From Mucisphaera calidilacus (GTDB lineage Bacteria > Planctomycetota > Phycisphaerae > Phycisphaerales > Phycisphaeraceae): 32,000 nucleotides of DNA. The number at the start of each line of letters is the position of its first letter. Within the stretch, counting starts at the first letter, position 1. This document shows positions 1-9,806 of the stretch, one piece after another. The notes beneath the pieces were generated by a model. The model had not been told where the DNA came from, searched no databases, and saw only the letters and a program-made list of their open reading frames with translations. Where the stretch lies: positions 3,420,001-3,452,000 of the forward strand of contig NZ_CP036280.1 in the NCBI RefSeq assembly GCF_007748075.1, given 5' to 3'. The translations under genes and the position numbers were made by a program.

Positions 1-828
1 TGGGGCAACCCCGCCACCCGACGCGGTCTCCAGCTCCTCGCCGTCGCCGCCGTCGTCGTCACCCTCCTCGCCGGCTGGCTGCCCCTCGAACGCGGCCTTC
101 AGCGATACCTCCAGAACAACGACCCTCTCCCCGTCGACCCCGCCACCGTCGAACTCGTCGGCCTCCCCGACTGGATGAACCCCCTCTACGCCAAGGAACT
201 CCGCGCCCTCGTCGCCGAACGACTCACCGACGACCGGCTCGACCAGCGAGGCGTCGCCATTGCCGCCGAAGCCCTCGAGTCCAGCGCCTGGGTCGCCGAG
301 GTCACACGCATCCGACGACTCAGCAACGGAGGCGTCGAGGCACAAGCCCTCTACCGCACACCCGTCGCCGTCGTCGAGAGCCGCGACGGCTGCTACATCG
401 TCGACCGCCAGGGCATCCGACTCTCAGGCACCTACACCCGCACCGCCGCCAGCGAACGACTCAACCTCCCCCTCATCACCGGACTCCGCACACCCACGCC
501 CAGGCTCGGCGAGTCGTGGGAAGGCGACGAGATCGCCGCCGGCATCAGCCTCGCAACCCTCGTCAGCCAGGAACCCTTCGCCCAGGAAGTCGTCGCCTTC
601 GACGTCAGCGAACGCGACAGCCAGGGACGACTCCGACTCGTCATGCACACCTCCCAGGGCCGAGTCCGATGGGGACTGCCCCCGGGCCAAGAACGAGCCC
701 TCGAACGACCCGCCGCCGTCAAACTCAGCTGGCTCCGCGAAGTCGCCAGCGAACGAGGGTCCATCGACGCGGGTGGAGCCGTCGTCGACGTCTACACTCC
801 AGTGGTTCAGGTCAGTCGGATGCCCTAG
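1..828 (+). CDS. ftsQ: FtsQ-like cell division protein (TM helix + POTRA/FtsQ-type domain), 5' end outside window
   Basis: Frame 1 is open from nt 1. It reads WGNPATRRGLQLLAVAAVVVTLLAGWLPLE (one TM helix) and runs into the listed ORF 175..828. After the helix comes an FtsQ/POTRA-like pattern (VELVGLPDW..., AWVAEVTRIRRLSNGGVEAQALYRTPVAVVESRDGCYIVDRQGIRL). Motif recall only. Confidence 0.55.
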   Translation, partial: WGNPATRRGLQLLAVAAVVVTLLAGWLPLERGLQRYLQNNDPLPVDPATVELVGLPDWMNPLYAKELRALVAERLTDDRLDQRGVAIAAEALESSAWVAEVTRIRRLSNGGVEAQALYRTPVAVVESRDGCYIVDRQGIRLSGTYTRTAASERLNLPLITGLRTPTPRLGESWEGDEIAAGISLATLVSQEPFAQEVVAFDVSERDSQGRLRLVMHTSQGRVRWGLPPGQERALERPAAVKLSWLREVASERGSIDAGGAVVDVYTPVVQVSRMP

Positions 829-869
829 CGGATCGTCTCCGCCTGCGAGATCTGGCACGGGAGCCGTCC

Positions 870-1349
870 ATGCGCTGGGCACTGCTCTGGTCATCCCTGT
901 GGCTACTCGGCTGCTGGAACATCGTCGGACAATCCGTCGGCTGGTACCTCAACGGCGCCCGCGTCATGGCCGTCCTCGCCACCGTCGGACTCCTCCTCGT
1001 CTGGCCCGCCGCACGACTCAGCCAGACCGTCCGAGGCGGACATGAACGCACCACCTGGCTCGTCGCCGAAGCCGCCGCCATCACACTCCTCATCCAGTTC
1101 GCCCTCTGGCCCCTCGCCGTCCTCGGCCGATGGCACCTCACCGCACCCCTCGAGATGACCGCCACCCTCCTCGCCTGGGCCACACTCGCCGCACTCCTCG
1201 TCGGCTGGGGCCGACGCAGCGGCAACCGCGCCTCCCTGATCGTCATGCTCATCCTCGTCGCTCTCCTCCTGCTCACACCCCTCCTCCCCGCCGGGTGGAA
1301 CGACTGGGCGCCTATCCTCAGAATCTGGACGCTCGGGGCACGCGCCTAA
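870..1349 (+). CDS. Hypothetical integral membrane protein (4-5 predicted TM helices)
   Basis: ATG at 870 lies inside the listed ORF 516..1349. From here the translation turns from R/P-rich junk into hydrophobic helices (MRWALLWSSLWLLGCW, VMAVLATVGLLLVWPAA, AITLLIQFALWPLAVLG, TLLAWATLAALLVGWG, LIVMLILVALLLLTPLL). No family recognised. Confidence 0.5.
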   Translation: MRWALLWSSLWLLGCWNIVGQSVGWYLNGARVMAVLATVGLLLVWPAARLSQTVRGGHERTTWLVAEAAAITLLIQFALWPLAVLGRWHLTAPLEMTATLLAWATLAALLVGWGRRSGNRASLIVMLILVALLLLTPLLPAGWNDWAPILRIWTLGARA

Positions 1350-1391
1350 GACCCGACCACCAGGCCCGCCGTGTATCGAGCGTTAAAGTTC

Positions 1392-1400
1392 TGCTAAAAT
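1392..1400 (+). promoter_or_regulatory. Possible extended -10 promoter element (TGcTAAAAT) upstream of greA
   Basis: TG at 1392-1393 and TAAAAT at 1395-1400, in the only AT-rich stretch between the membrane-protein stop (1349) and greA. I found no convincing -35. The promoter consensus for this lineage is unknown to me. Confidence 0.25.
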
Positions 1401-1454
1401 GAAAGATTGACGAACGACGAAACCTTAATGTCACTACGGATGTCAGGAAGTGCG

Positions 1455-1919
1455 ATGGAGTTCATCACCGCTGCAGACAAAGAGAAGATCGAGGCCCGCC
1501 TTCAGGAACTGAAGGACCGACGCGTCGAAATCACCGAACGCATTGCCGAGGCACGCGCCCAGGGCGACCTCAAGGAAAACGCCGAGTACCACGCCGCCCG
1601 CGACGAACAAGGCATGGAAGAGGCCGAGATCAAACGCCTCGAAGAACGACTCGCCAACAGCCAGGTCGCCGAAGACGTCGACGTCCCCGAAGACATGGTC
1701 TTCCTCGGATCAGTGGTCAAACTCCGCGATCTGGACGATGATGACGAAGACCTCTACAAACTCGTCGGCGAGTCCAGCGGCTCCTTCGACAGCGACGAGA
1801 TCGAGGTCACCGTCAGCAGCCCCATGGGCGAAGCACTGCTCCGCTCACGAGTCGGCGAAACGGTACGCGTCGACCTCCCGAGAGGGACCAAACGCTTCGA
1901 GATCCTGGAGCTGCTCTAA
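1455..1919 (+). CDS. greA: Transcription elongation factor GreA
   Basis: The translation carries the GreA signature throughout: [38 protein letters not shown] in the coiled-coil, and a C-terminal FKBP-like part (GSVVKLRDL...YKLVGE...[36 protein letters not shown]). ATG 1455 is preceded by aggaag at 1445-1450. The listed ORF also allows a TTG start at 1407. Confidence 0.9.
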   Translation: MEFITAADKEKIEARLQELKDRRVEITERIAEARAQGDLKENAEYHAARDEQGMEEAEIKRLEERLANSQVAEDVDVPEDMVFLGSVVKLRDLDDDDEDLYKLVGESSGSFDSDEIEVTVSSPMGEALLRSRVGETVRVDLPRGTKRFEILELL

Positions 1920-1947
1920 CGCCAAGCTCCCCACAAGGAGGCCCGTG

Positions 1948-3678
1948 ATGCGATCCAAGACCCTGCTCGCCGCCTGCCTCGCACTCGGCTGCGCCGACGC
2001 CTCCGCCCAAATCCGATCCGGACAGTCCGGACGGGCCCTCGACGCCAACATGCGCGCCGGCTCAGGCGGCATCAACCAGGTCGAGGGACAGGTCGACTAC
2101 GCCGCACGCAACAACATCGTCACCGGTAACGTCACCGACTTCAGCCAGTTCCGCGGATCCATCAACTACTCCGCCGCCGGCGAGTTCTCCGACTCCCTCG
2201 GCAGCAACAGCCTCTTCCAGTTCCAGGCCAACAGCTACGGCTCCTCACTCGGCAGCGTCAACACCTCGCTCGTGCCCGCCCGCGCTCAGGGATACACCAC
2301 AGGCGTCGCACAACCCTATTCACCACCCACCGGCTCCGCACTCCGGCAGGGCGGGACCGCCTACTCCCTCGTCCCCGAGGGCGCCAACTACCGCGTCTAC
2401 GGAACCACCAACAGCCCCGGCGCCGGCATCCGACTCGAACAGGCCGCCATGAGCGCCGACGCCGCCGCACTCGCACGATTCCGCGGAACCAATGGCGAAC
2501 AACTCGCCATTCAGGCCTCGCCCCTCACAGGCGTCCGACGCGTCAACGAGGGCGCACGCCAACGCATCTTCAAGGACGAAGAACAAGCCCAGCAGCAGAA
2601 CACCCCGACACAGTTCCTGGAGAACAACAACGTCCCCGTCGGAACCGACGCCGGAGCAGCACTGCTCCAGCCCAACAACACACCACGCATCGGCCGATCC
2701 TCCATCCTCGTCGGCAGCAGCCTCGCCGGGTCCGCCCGCTCTGCACGAACCAGCAACAACCGACCTCTCAACGAGGTCATCGCCGAACTCGAATCCTCCA
2801 TCCTCAGCCAGAAAGCCGTCACCCAGTTCGAACCCGGGCAGGACGTCTACGCCGACATCGTCCGCAGACTCGCCACACCCGCCACCCCCGACAACGCCAA
2901 CCTCACCCAGGGCAACCAGCTCAAAGAGCCCCTCACCCCCACCCTCCCCGACGAACTCAAACGCGCCATCGACGAACCGGGCACCAACCGCGTCGAGGCC
3001 GCCGAGAACGCTTTCAACGTCTCACGCGGACTCCTCGACGACACGCTTTTTGGCGAGATGCCCGAACAACCCGAACAGGCCAAACCCGAACCCGAACTCG
3101 ACGAGGCCGAACTCGACGCCCTCGAGAGCTTCGTCAACAAGATCGCCGTCCCCACCAAACGCTTCGAGACGCTCGCCAGCGAACGCGAAGACCGCTTCAA
3201 CAACCTCATGAAACAAGGCGAGCAACAGCTTGCCAACGGCGAGTTCTTCGTCGCCGAACGAACCTACCGCCGAGCACTCGACCAGAACCCCGGACACCCC
3301 ATGGCACGCGTCGGTCTCATCCACGCTCAGATGGCCGCCGGCATGGTCCGCTCCGCCGCCGCCAACCTCCGCGGTCTCTTCAACGACCACCCCGAACTCC
3401 TCACCGTCCGCTACGGGCCCGAGGTCCTGCCACCCGCCAAACGCATCAACTGGATCCAGGCCGAGCTCCAACGATCCATCGCCGCGGGTGGCGACCAGAG
3501 CCGAGCCGGGCTGCTCCTGGGCTATCTCGGCTACCAGCTCGAGTCACGACAACTCGTCCGCTACGGCCTCGCCGTCTCCGGCGCCGCCGAACCGAACGAC
3601 GACCTGATCCCGCTCCTTCAGCGGCTCTGGCTGCCCCAACGCGACACGACCGACGCACCCACCATGGGGGTCGAGTGA
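1948..3678 (+). CDS. Secreted hypothetical protein with C-terminal TPR-like region
   Basis: ATG 1948 is preceded by aaggag (1935-1940). The N-terminus MRSKTLLAACLALGCADASAQ is a signal peptide. A long low-complexity middle follows. The C-terminus reads like TPR (GEFFVAERTYRRALDQNPGHPMARVGLIHAQMAAG). It shares a frame with listed ORF 1543..3678, whose upstream part overlaps greA. Confidence 0.7.
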   Translation: MRSKTLLAACLALGCADASAQIRSGQSGRALDANMRAGSGGINQVEGQVDYAARNNIVTGNVTDFSQFRGSINYSAAGEFSDSLGSNSLFQFQANSYGSSLGSVNTSLVPARAQGYTTGVAQPYSPPTGSALRQGGTAYSLVPEGANYRVYGTTNSPGAGIRLEQAAMSADAAALARFRGTNGEQLAIQASPLTGVRRVNEGARQRIFKDEEQAQQQNTPTQFLENNNVPVGTDAGAALLQPNNTPRIGRSSILVGSSLAGSARSARTSNNRPLNEVIAELESSILSQKAVTQFEPGQDVYADIVRRLATPATPDNANLTQGNQLKEPLTPTLPDELKRAIDEPGTNRVEAAENAFNVSRGLLDDTLFGEMPEQPEQAKPEPELDEAELDALESFVNKIAVPTKRFETLASEREDRFNNLMKQGEQQLANGEFFVAERTYRRALDQNPGHPMARVGLIHAQMAAGMVRSAAANLRGLFNDHPELLTVRYGPEVLPPAKRINWIQAELQRSIAAGGDQSRAGLLLGYLGYQLESRQLVRYGLAVSGAAEPNDDLIPLLQRLWLPQRDTTDAPTMGVE

Positions 3679-3705
3679 CGCCGACCTCATGAGGAGTCTC
3701 CGCTC

Positions 3706-5391
3706 TTGGGTGACCGTGACGCGACCCGGTTCTCATCGGGGGGTATGGGTGAATCGCTGATCAGCGGACGCGCTGACCGCACCGATACCCTGCTCGCGTT
3801 CGTTGATCGCTCACTCCTCCAACACGTCCAGGACAGCCTCACCGCCGCGCTCGACATGTCCGTCCAGTTCGTCGACGGCAGCGGACGAACCCTCACCGAA
3901 CCCACCGACGCCCTCCGCCGCGCCGCCTCCGATACCCTCCTCGGCCAACTCCTCACAGGCGAAACCGACGAAGAAGACGGCGTCTTCCGCGCACCCGTCC
4001 AGGTCGAAGGACAAAAACTCGCCATCCTCGAACTCCTCCGCGAAGACCCCGCCGGCAACCCCGTCGACCCGCGACGACTCGCCGTCGGCATCGAGCTCAT
4101 CCACCTCATCGCCGACAGCCTCACGAGACTCTGCGAACAGGAAGTCGCCTCACGACACCGCGTCGAGGAACTCGCCGTCCTCTACCGCGTCAGCTCCATC
4201 CTCTCCGCACAACGCGACCTCCGGAAAGTCCTCGACCAGGCCGCCCACGCCGTCGGCGAAGTCATGAACGCCCGCGCCGTCAGCATCCGACTCCTCGACG
4301 AGGAACACGGAACCCTCGAAACACGCGCCAGCTACCGGCTCTCCGCCGACTACCTCGAAAAAGGCGCACTCGACGTCGAGTCCAGCCCCATCTTCACCAC
4401 CGCCATGGCAGGCGAACCCGTCTACGTCTCCGACATGGGCCGCGACCCACGCGTCCTCTACCCCGAAGAAGCAAGAGCCGAGGGAATCGTCTCCATGCTC
4501 TGCGTCGGCATGGCCTACCAGGGACGAGCCATCGGAACCGTCCAGGTCTTCGCCGGCACCAAACGACGATTCACCGAGTTCGAAAGCGACCTCGTCGTCG
4601 CACTCGCTCAACTCCTCGCCGCCGCCATCGAGAACGCCCGACTCGACGAGGAACGACGCGAAAAAGACAAACTCGTCAACCAGCTCAACCTCGCCGCAAG
4701 CGTCCAGCGACGCATGCTCCCCAAAGGCAAGCCCAGCGACCGACGACTCGACGTCGCTGCCCGATACATCCCCAGCCTCGAACTCGCGGGCGACTTCTAC
4801 GACTTCATCCGACTCGAACGACACCTCGGCGTCGTCATCGGCGACGTCGTCGGCAAGGGCGTCGCCGCCAGCCTCCTCATGGCCAGCGTCCGCGCCTCGC
4901 TCCGCGCCTTCGCACAGGACCTCTACGACATCGACGAAATTATGTCACGCGTCAACCGCGCCCTCACACGAGACACCCTCGACAGCGAGTTCGCCACGCT
5001 CTTCTACGGCGTCATCGACCCCGACACCCTCCGAATGACCTACTGCAACGCCGGACACGAACCACCCATCCTCCGACGACGAGCAAAGCTCTACCAACTC
5101 AACGCAGGCGGACTCGTCGTCGGCGTCGACCGCGACGCCGCCTACGAAAAAGGACTCTGGGACCTCGAAACCGACGACGTCCTCGTCCTCACCACCGACG
5201 GCGTCACCGAGGCCACCTCCTTCGACGGCGAACAGTTCGGACGCGAACGACTCAACGCCGCCGTCCTCGCCGCCGAGGGCAACGCCGACCAGATCATGAA
5301 CCACCTGCTCTGGGAAGTGCGACGCTTCACCGGCATCCGCCGTGCCAGCGACGACACCACCATCGTCGTGATCCGCGTTACCGACGGCTGA
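3706..5391 (+). CDS. Sensor-GAF-PP2C (SpoIIE/RsbU-type) serine phosphatase
   Basis: The C-terminal half has PPM/SpoIIE motifs: AASVQRRMLP, LAGDFYDF, VIGDVVGKGVAASLLMASVR, TLFYGVIDP...YCNAGHEPP, LVLTTDGVTEA, DDTTIVVIRV. The middle is GAF-like (LDQAAHAVGEVMNARAVSIRLLDEE...RAIGTVQVFA). The first 120 aa or so are an unassigned sensory region. TTG 3706 is preceded by gaggag (3691-3696); ATG 3745 is an alternative start. Confidence 0.85.
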   Translation: MGDRDATRFSSGGMGESLISGRADRTDTLLAFVDRSLLQHVQDSLTAALDMSVQFVDGSGRTLTEPTDALRRAASDTLLGQLLTGETDEEDGVFRAPVQVEGQKLAILELLREDPAGNPVDPRRLAVGIELIHLIADSLTRLCEQEVASRHRVEELAVLYRVSSILSAQRDLRKVLDQAAHAVGEVMNARAVSIRLLDEEHGTLETRASYRLSADYLEKGALDVESSPIFTTAMAGEPVYVSDMGRDPRVLYPEEARAEGIVSMLCVGMAYQGRAIGTVQVFAGTKRRFTEFESDLVVALAQLLAAAIENARLDEERREKDKLVNQLNLAASVQRRMLPKGKPSDRRLDVAARYIPSLELAGDFYDFIRLERHLGVVIGDVVGKGVAASLLMASVRASLRAFAQDLYDIDEIMSRVNRALTRDTLDSEFATLFYGVIDPDTLRMTYCNAGHEPPILRRRAKLYQLNAGGLVVGVDRDAAYEKGLWDLETDDVLVLTTDGVTEATSFDGEQFGRERLNAAVLAAEGNADQIMNHLLWEVRRFTGIRRASDDTTIVVIRVTDG

Positions 5392-5664
5392 CTAATACCG
5401 AATCTCGAAACCCGACTCACCCTCACGCACCGGCAGGTCGCTCCGCGTCGCCGACGCGATCTTCCCGCCCATCTCCAGACCCAGACGATCCACAAACGCG
5501 TCGAGATCCGAACCCATGCCCTGAGCCTCCAGCTCAACACGCCCGTCCGCAAGATTCTTCACATACCCGCTGATCGGATAAGCCCCTGCCAGCCGCTCCG
5601 CCGTGTAACGAAAACCAACCCCCTGAACGCGACCCGCGTACAACACCCGCCGACGCTCCATCAC
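5392..5664 (-). CDS. acyP: Acylphosphatase
   Basis: 90 aa with the acylphosphatase signature (VLYAGRVQGVGFRYTAERLA...ISGYVKNLADGRVELEAQG). Its start overlaps the stop of the upstream S41 gene by 4 nt (ATGA). Confidence 0.85.
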   Translation of the reverse strand: MMERRRVLYAGRVQGVGFRYTAERLAGAYPISGYVKNLADGRVELEAQGMGSDLDAFVDRLGLEMGGKIASATRSDLPVREGESGFEIRY

Positions 5665-7022
5665 CGCAGCTTCCGAAAGTGATTCAACGCCGCCTCGATC
5701 ACAGGATCAGGCGTCAACAACCCCGGCCGCTCCCACTTCACCTCGACCTCAGGCTCCAACCCCACACCCTCAAACGCCTCCCCCTCAGGCGTCATCGACT
5801 TCCACGACGGAACATAAAGCGTCAACCCGTTGCCCAGCGGGTACGCACGCGGATTCCCCGAAGACCCATGCGTCGTCAAACCGAAAATCGTCGCACGCGG
5901 CGCCTGACGCATCATCAGCACAAAGGCCTCGGCCGACGACATCACCACCGGACCCGTCAGCACCGCCACGTGACCCTTGAAACGCGGACGACCAAAATTC
6001 GGCTCCACCACACGCTCCATCGGATCCGTGAAGCCGCCCGGCAGACCATTGTCACGAAACACATGCGTCGCATAAACCGCGGGCTCATCGAAAAAACACC
6101 CCGCCAGATGCTGAGCCACACGCTCCGAACCCCCGCCGTTCAGCCGGAGATCCAGAATGATCGCCTCCGCGTCCACATTCTTCCCAATGAACGAGAACAG
6201 CGGCTCGAACGCATACGGGTCGCTCGCCGAAAAACTGTCGATCCGCGCATAAGGCACGTCGCCCTGAAACATCGCGAACGTCAGGTGCGGCAACGGCTGC
6301 TCAAACCGGTACGACGAACTCCGGATCCACGCCGTGTCAATGTTCGGCGTGATCGGGTTCTCATACGTCGGGATCACCTCGCCATCATCCAGCCGGAAAA
6401 CAAGGTGCTTGTCCTTCGCACGCCTCAGGAAACTGTTCGCAATGCTCGCGAAGCGCCGAGGCGACTCCTGACGCACCAGCGACGGCGCCATCGCCTCGAT
6501 CCGCCGGTCCCAGTCAATCTCAAAACGCTCGAAATGCGCGTAGTGAAAACGCATCGCCTCACGCATCCGCTCAATCGCCTCCGCCTGCTGACCTCGTGTG
6601 TACGTCACCCGCGCAGGCTCCGACGCCGCTCCACCCGCTGACGTCGTCCGGAACACCAGCGGATACACCACCGCCGGCTCCCCGGCTTGGCTACGGAAGC
6701 TCTGATACGTCGAACTGTTGATCGACAACCGGTAGTCGTGATCAGGCTCCAGCCGAACCTGCAACGCGAACGTCCGGTTGTTCACCCACCGCGCACGACC
6801 GATCTCCGGGAACGTCGGCCCCCCACCCACAATCGAATACCCGCCCTGCGACATCGGCTGATCAAACGTGATCGTGATCGTCGGCGTCGCCGGATCCACA
6901 TTCTTATCCCCGTGCTCGGGCGAGGTCGACACAACCCGGGGCGGCGCAGCCGCCACCACCGTCGCCATCAGGCCCGTTACCATCAAGACCATCAACCACG
7001 AACGGAAACAAGTCAGACGCAT
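5661..7022 (-). CDS. Secreted S41-family peptidase with N-terminal Ig-like (SbsA-type) domain
   Basis: S41 motifs are present: AIILDLRLNGGGS and GPVVMSSAEAFVLMM. The N-terminal region PRVVSTSPEHGDKNVDPATPTITITFDQPM is a bacterial Ig-like pattern. ATG 7022 gives the signal peptide MRLTCFRSWLMVLMVTGLMATVVAAA and has ggag about 10 nt upstream. The listed ORF extends to a GTG at 7058. Confidence 0.8.
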   Translation of the reverse strand: MRLTCFRSWLMVLMVTGLMATVVAAAPPRVVSTSPEHGDKNVDPATPTITITFDQPMSQGGYSIVGGGPTFPEIGRARWVNNRTFALQVRLEPDHDYRLSINSSTYQSFRSQAGEPAVVYPLVFRTTSAGGAASEPARVTYTRGQQAEAIERMREAMRFHYAHFERFEIDWDRRIEAMAPSLVRQESPRRFASIANSFLRRAKDKHLVFRLDDGEVIPTYENPITPNIDTAWIRSSSYRFEQPLPHLTFAMFQGDVPYARIDSFSASDPYAFEPLFSFIGKNVDAEAIILDLRLNGGGSERVAQHLAGCFFDEPAVYATHVFRDNGLPGGFTDPMERVVEPNFGRPRFKGHVAVLTGPVVMSSAEAFVLMMRQAPRATIFGLTTHGSSGNPRAYPLGNGLTLYVPSWKSMTPEGEAFEGVGLEPEVEVKWERPGLLTPDPVIEAALNHFRKLR

Positions 7023-7082
7023 GGTGTCACTCCGGAAGACCTCAGGCCACAAACGCACGCTAACCGCTCAGCCAGCCGAACG

Positions 7083-7829
7083 TCAGCCCAGAGAAGCCAA
7101 CTCATCTTCGGGGATGTCGAAGTTCGCGTAAACCTTTTGCACGTCGTCGTTGTCCTCCAACGCCTCAACCAGATTCAGCACCTTCTCCGCGTCACGACCC
7201 GTGCACGTCACCGTGTTGTCCGGAATCATCGAAAGCTGCGCCGACGCCACCGCGATCCCCGCTCCCTCGATCGCGTCACGCACCGGGATGAAGTCCGAAG
7301 GCTCCGTCACAACACGAAACACCCCGTCCTCCTCCGCGACGTCCTCGGCACCCGCCTCCAGCGCCAGCTCCATGAGCCGCTCCTCGCTGGTCGCCTCCGA
7401 CGAAATCTCGATCTCACCCTTGTTCTGAAAGTTGTACGCCACACAACCCGACGCACCCAGATTCCCGCCGTGCTTCTCGAAGATCTTCCGAAGCTCAGGC
7501 ACCGTCCGGTTCTTATTATCCGTCAGGCAGTCCAGCATCACCGCTACACCGTTCGGCCCGTAACCCTCGTAAACCACCGCCTCGTAGTTCTCGCCGTCGG
7601 CGTTCCCCGAACCCTTTTTGATCGCGTTCGCGATCGTGTCCTTGGGCATGTTCTCCGACTTCGCCTCGTCAATCGCATAACGCAACGCCAGATTCGCGTC
7701 CGGATCCGGGCCGCCGTTCCGCGCAGCAACAATGATCGCACGCGAACACTTGCTCCAGATCTTTGAACGACGGGCGTCCTGGCGACCCTTCCGATGCTTG
7801 ATGTTGGCCCATTTACTATGGCCGGCCAT
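7083..7829 (-). CDS. yebC: YebC/PmpR family DNA-binding transcriptional regulator
   Basis: MAGHSKWANIKHRKGRQDARRSKIWSKCSRAIIVAARNGGPDPDANLALRYAIDEAK is the canonical YebC N-terminus. ATG 7829 is preceded by ggagag. The listed ORF start at 7871 would add a non-conserved extension. Confidence 0.9.
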   Translation of the reverse strand: MAGHSKWANIKHRKGRQDARRSKIWSKCSRAIIVAARNGGPDPDANLALRYAIDEAKSENMPKDTIANAIKKGSGNADGENYEAVVYEGYGPNGVAVMLDCLTDNKNRTVPELRKIFEKHGGNLGASGCVAYNFQNKGEIEISSEATSEERLMELALEAGAEDVAEEDGVFRVVTEPSDFIPVRDAIEGAGIAVASAQLSMIPDNTVTCTGRDAEKVLNLVEALEDNDDVQKVYANFDIPEDELASLG

Positions 7830-7927
7830 AGGCGAACTCTCCGTGTCTCTGCGGGATCGTGGTTCAGGCAAAGAGCTATTCTAACGACAACCCATCACGG
7901 TTTGGGTCGTCCCTCGAAAGGCACGCG

Positions 7928-9058
7928 ATGTCCAGAATCCAGTGGCTCGGCATCAACGGAACCCCCTATAAGGCAGGCCTCGCCCACGGACAAGCCTACG
8001 CCTCCGAAATCGCCGCCATCACCCGCGAACGCATGGAACTCCTCCACGACCCCTACTGGACCCAGGGCGGCGCCACACCCGACGTCATCCGAGACCTCGG
8101 CGAACAGTGCCTCGAAGCACAAAACGCCTACGACCCCGACATGACCCAGGAACTCAAGGGCATCGCCGACGGCGCCGGCATCGACACCGTCGAAGCCCTC
8201 ATCATGAACGGCTTCACCGACTTCGTCGACGTCGTCTTCGCCGCGCGAGGCAACGAGCCCGTCGGCGAAGAGGGCGGCGGATGCACAGCAGCACTCGTCA
8301 GCACCACACGCTCAGAACACAACCAGCCCTACTTCGCACAGACCTGGGACATGCACCCCACCGCAACACCCCACGTACGCATGGTCTCCATCGAACGCGA
8401 CAACGAGCCCAGCGTCATCACCTTCACCCTCGCCGGATGCGTCGGCATGATCGGCATGAACGACGCGGGCGTCTGCGTCGGCATCAACAACTTCCTCGTC
8501 GAAGACGGACGCCCAGGCGTCACCTGGGTCTTCGTCGTCCGCGCCATGCTCCGACAAACCACCGCCGAGGCCGCACACGCCGAACTCGAACGCGCCGACC
8601 TCTGCGGAGCCCACAACTACCTGCTCCTCGGCCCCAGCGAATCAGGCGGATGGACCGGCTGGAACATCGAGGCCACACCCACACGCAAAGCCGCCACCCA
8701 CCTCGAAGACATCCTCCTCCACACCAACCACTGCCTCGCCGACAACACCCACGCCGTCCAACGCGCCAAACACCCCACCGCACTCGCCTGCTCGCAGACA
8801 CGACTCGCCGACGCAGACGAACTCATCAACACCATGCCCGCCATCAACGCCGCCGCCCTCCGAAACCTCCTCGCCACACGACGCGACGACGGCATGGGCA
8901 TCTGCCACGACGCCATGGAAGGCTACAAGGTCGAAACCTCCGGTGCCGTCGTCATGGACCCCGCCGAACGTCAACTCTGGGCCTGCTGGGGACGACCCGA
9001 CACCGCGCCCTGGGAACACTTCGCCTTCAACGAACACGGCGTCCGACGCACCGACTGA
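7928..9058 (+). CDS. C45-family (acyl-CoA:6-aminopenicillanic-acid acyltransferase-like) Ntn hydrolase
   Basis: INGTPYKAGLAHGQAYASEI at the N-terminus, the candidate nucleophile context EEGGGCTAALV, then QTWDMHP and GMIGMNDAGVCVGINN, all fit the C45/IAT fold. ATG 7928 is preceded by gaaagg. Confidence 0.7.
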   Translation: MSRIQWLGINGTPYKAGLAHGQAYASEIAAITRERMELLHDPYWTQGGATPDVIRDLGEQCLEAQNAYDPDMTQELKGIADGAGIDTVEALIMNGFTDFVDVVFAARGNEPVGEEGGGCTAALVSTTRSEHNQPYFAQTWDMHPTATPHVRMVSIERDNEPSVITFTLAGCVGMIGMNDAGVCVGINNFLVEDGRPGVTWVFVVRAMLRQTTAEAAHAELERADLCGAHNYLLLGPSESGGWTGWNIEATPTRKAATHLEDILLHTNHCLADNTHAVQRAKHPTALACSQTRLADADELINTMPAINAAALRNLLATRRDDGMGICHDAMEGYKVETSGAVVMDPAERQLWACWGRPDTAPWEHFAFNEHGVRRTD

Positions 9059-9080
9059 CACACCACCCGGAGACAACCCC

Positions 9081-9617
9081 GTGACCGACGCCACCTCAAC
9101 CGGACTCGTCAAGACCGCACTCGGCGAACAGATCGCCGCCGCCATCGCCATGCTCCGTGACACCATCGACGCCTGCCCCCACAACCTCTGGACCACAACC
9201 GTAGGCGAACGCGCCTTCTGGGAAAACGCCTTCCACATCACCTTTTACATCGACCTCTACCTCACCCTGCCCGGACAACCCTTCCCCGAAACCCCCGACT
9301 GGGCATGGCCCAACGCCGCCGGCCTCGGCCGACACATGGAACCACCCTTCGAACCCCTCAAACCCGAAGAACTCGGGCCCACCCTCGAACAACCCAAGGT
9401 CCTCGCCTACCTCGACGCCATGCCCGCCAAACTCAAAACCTCCATCGCCGCCGAAACCGCCGACAGCCTCGCAGGCGAGTCAGGCTTCTTCTGGCTCCCC
9501 TTCTCAAGACTCTCCGCCTACCTCTACAACCTCCGACACATCCAGCACCACACCGGTCAACTCTCCGCAACCCTCCGACGCAACAACATCAGCCTAGACT
9601 GGCGCGCCACCGGATGA
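9081..9617 (+). CDS. DinB-family protein
   Basis: GTG 9081 is preceded by ggaga (9069-9073), just after the C45 stop. A four-helix DinB-like pattern has conserved His positions (AFHITFYIDLYL ... NLRHIQHHTGQLS). The listed ORF 8943..9617 would overlap the upstream gene. Confidence 0.6.
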   Translation: MTDATSTGLVKTALGEQIAAAIAMLRDTIDACPHNLWTTTVGERAFWENAFHITFYIDLYLTLPGQPFPETPDWAWPNAAGLGRHMEPPFEPLKPEELGPTLEQPKVLAYLDAMPAKLKTSIAAETADSLAGESGFFWLPFSRLSAYLYNLRHIQHHTGQLSATLRRNNISLDWRATG

Positions 9618-9623
9618 ACCCAC

Positions 9624-9806
9624 TCACCCCTCATCCGACTCAGGCAACTTAACCTCGTCCGGATCCACCCAAACCACCTCGCCGTCACGCTCAATCGGCA
9701 CACGCTGGCCGTGTAGCTTCGCCAAACGCAATGCCTCCCTCGTCGCACGCAGAAACGAAGCCTCCACCGCAGCCACATCGTCATGGGGATTGTCAGAACG
9801 TATCAC
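9624..9806 (-). CDS. Small protein, putative cognate partner (antitoxin-like) of the adjacent zeta/COG4185-type toxin remnant
   Basis: This is the C-terminal 60 aa of listed ORF 9624..9851 (VIRSDNPHDDVAAVEASFLRATREALRLAKLHGQRVPIERDGEVVWVDPDEV). It resembles small ORFs I recall next to COG4185 ATPases. The GTG 9806 start overlaps the reconstructed toxin stop (9793) by 14 nt. The ATG at 9851 would lie inside the toxin C-terminal fragment. Start is uncertain. Confidence 0.4.
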   Translation of the reverse strand: MIRSDNPHDDVAAVEASFLRATREALRLAKLHGQRVPIERDGEVVWVDPDEVKLPESDEG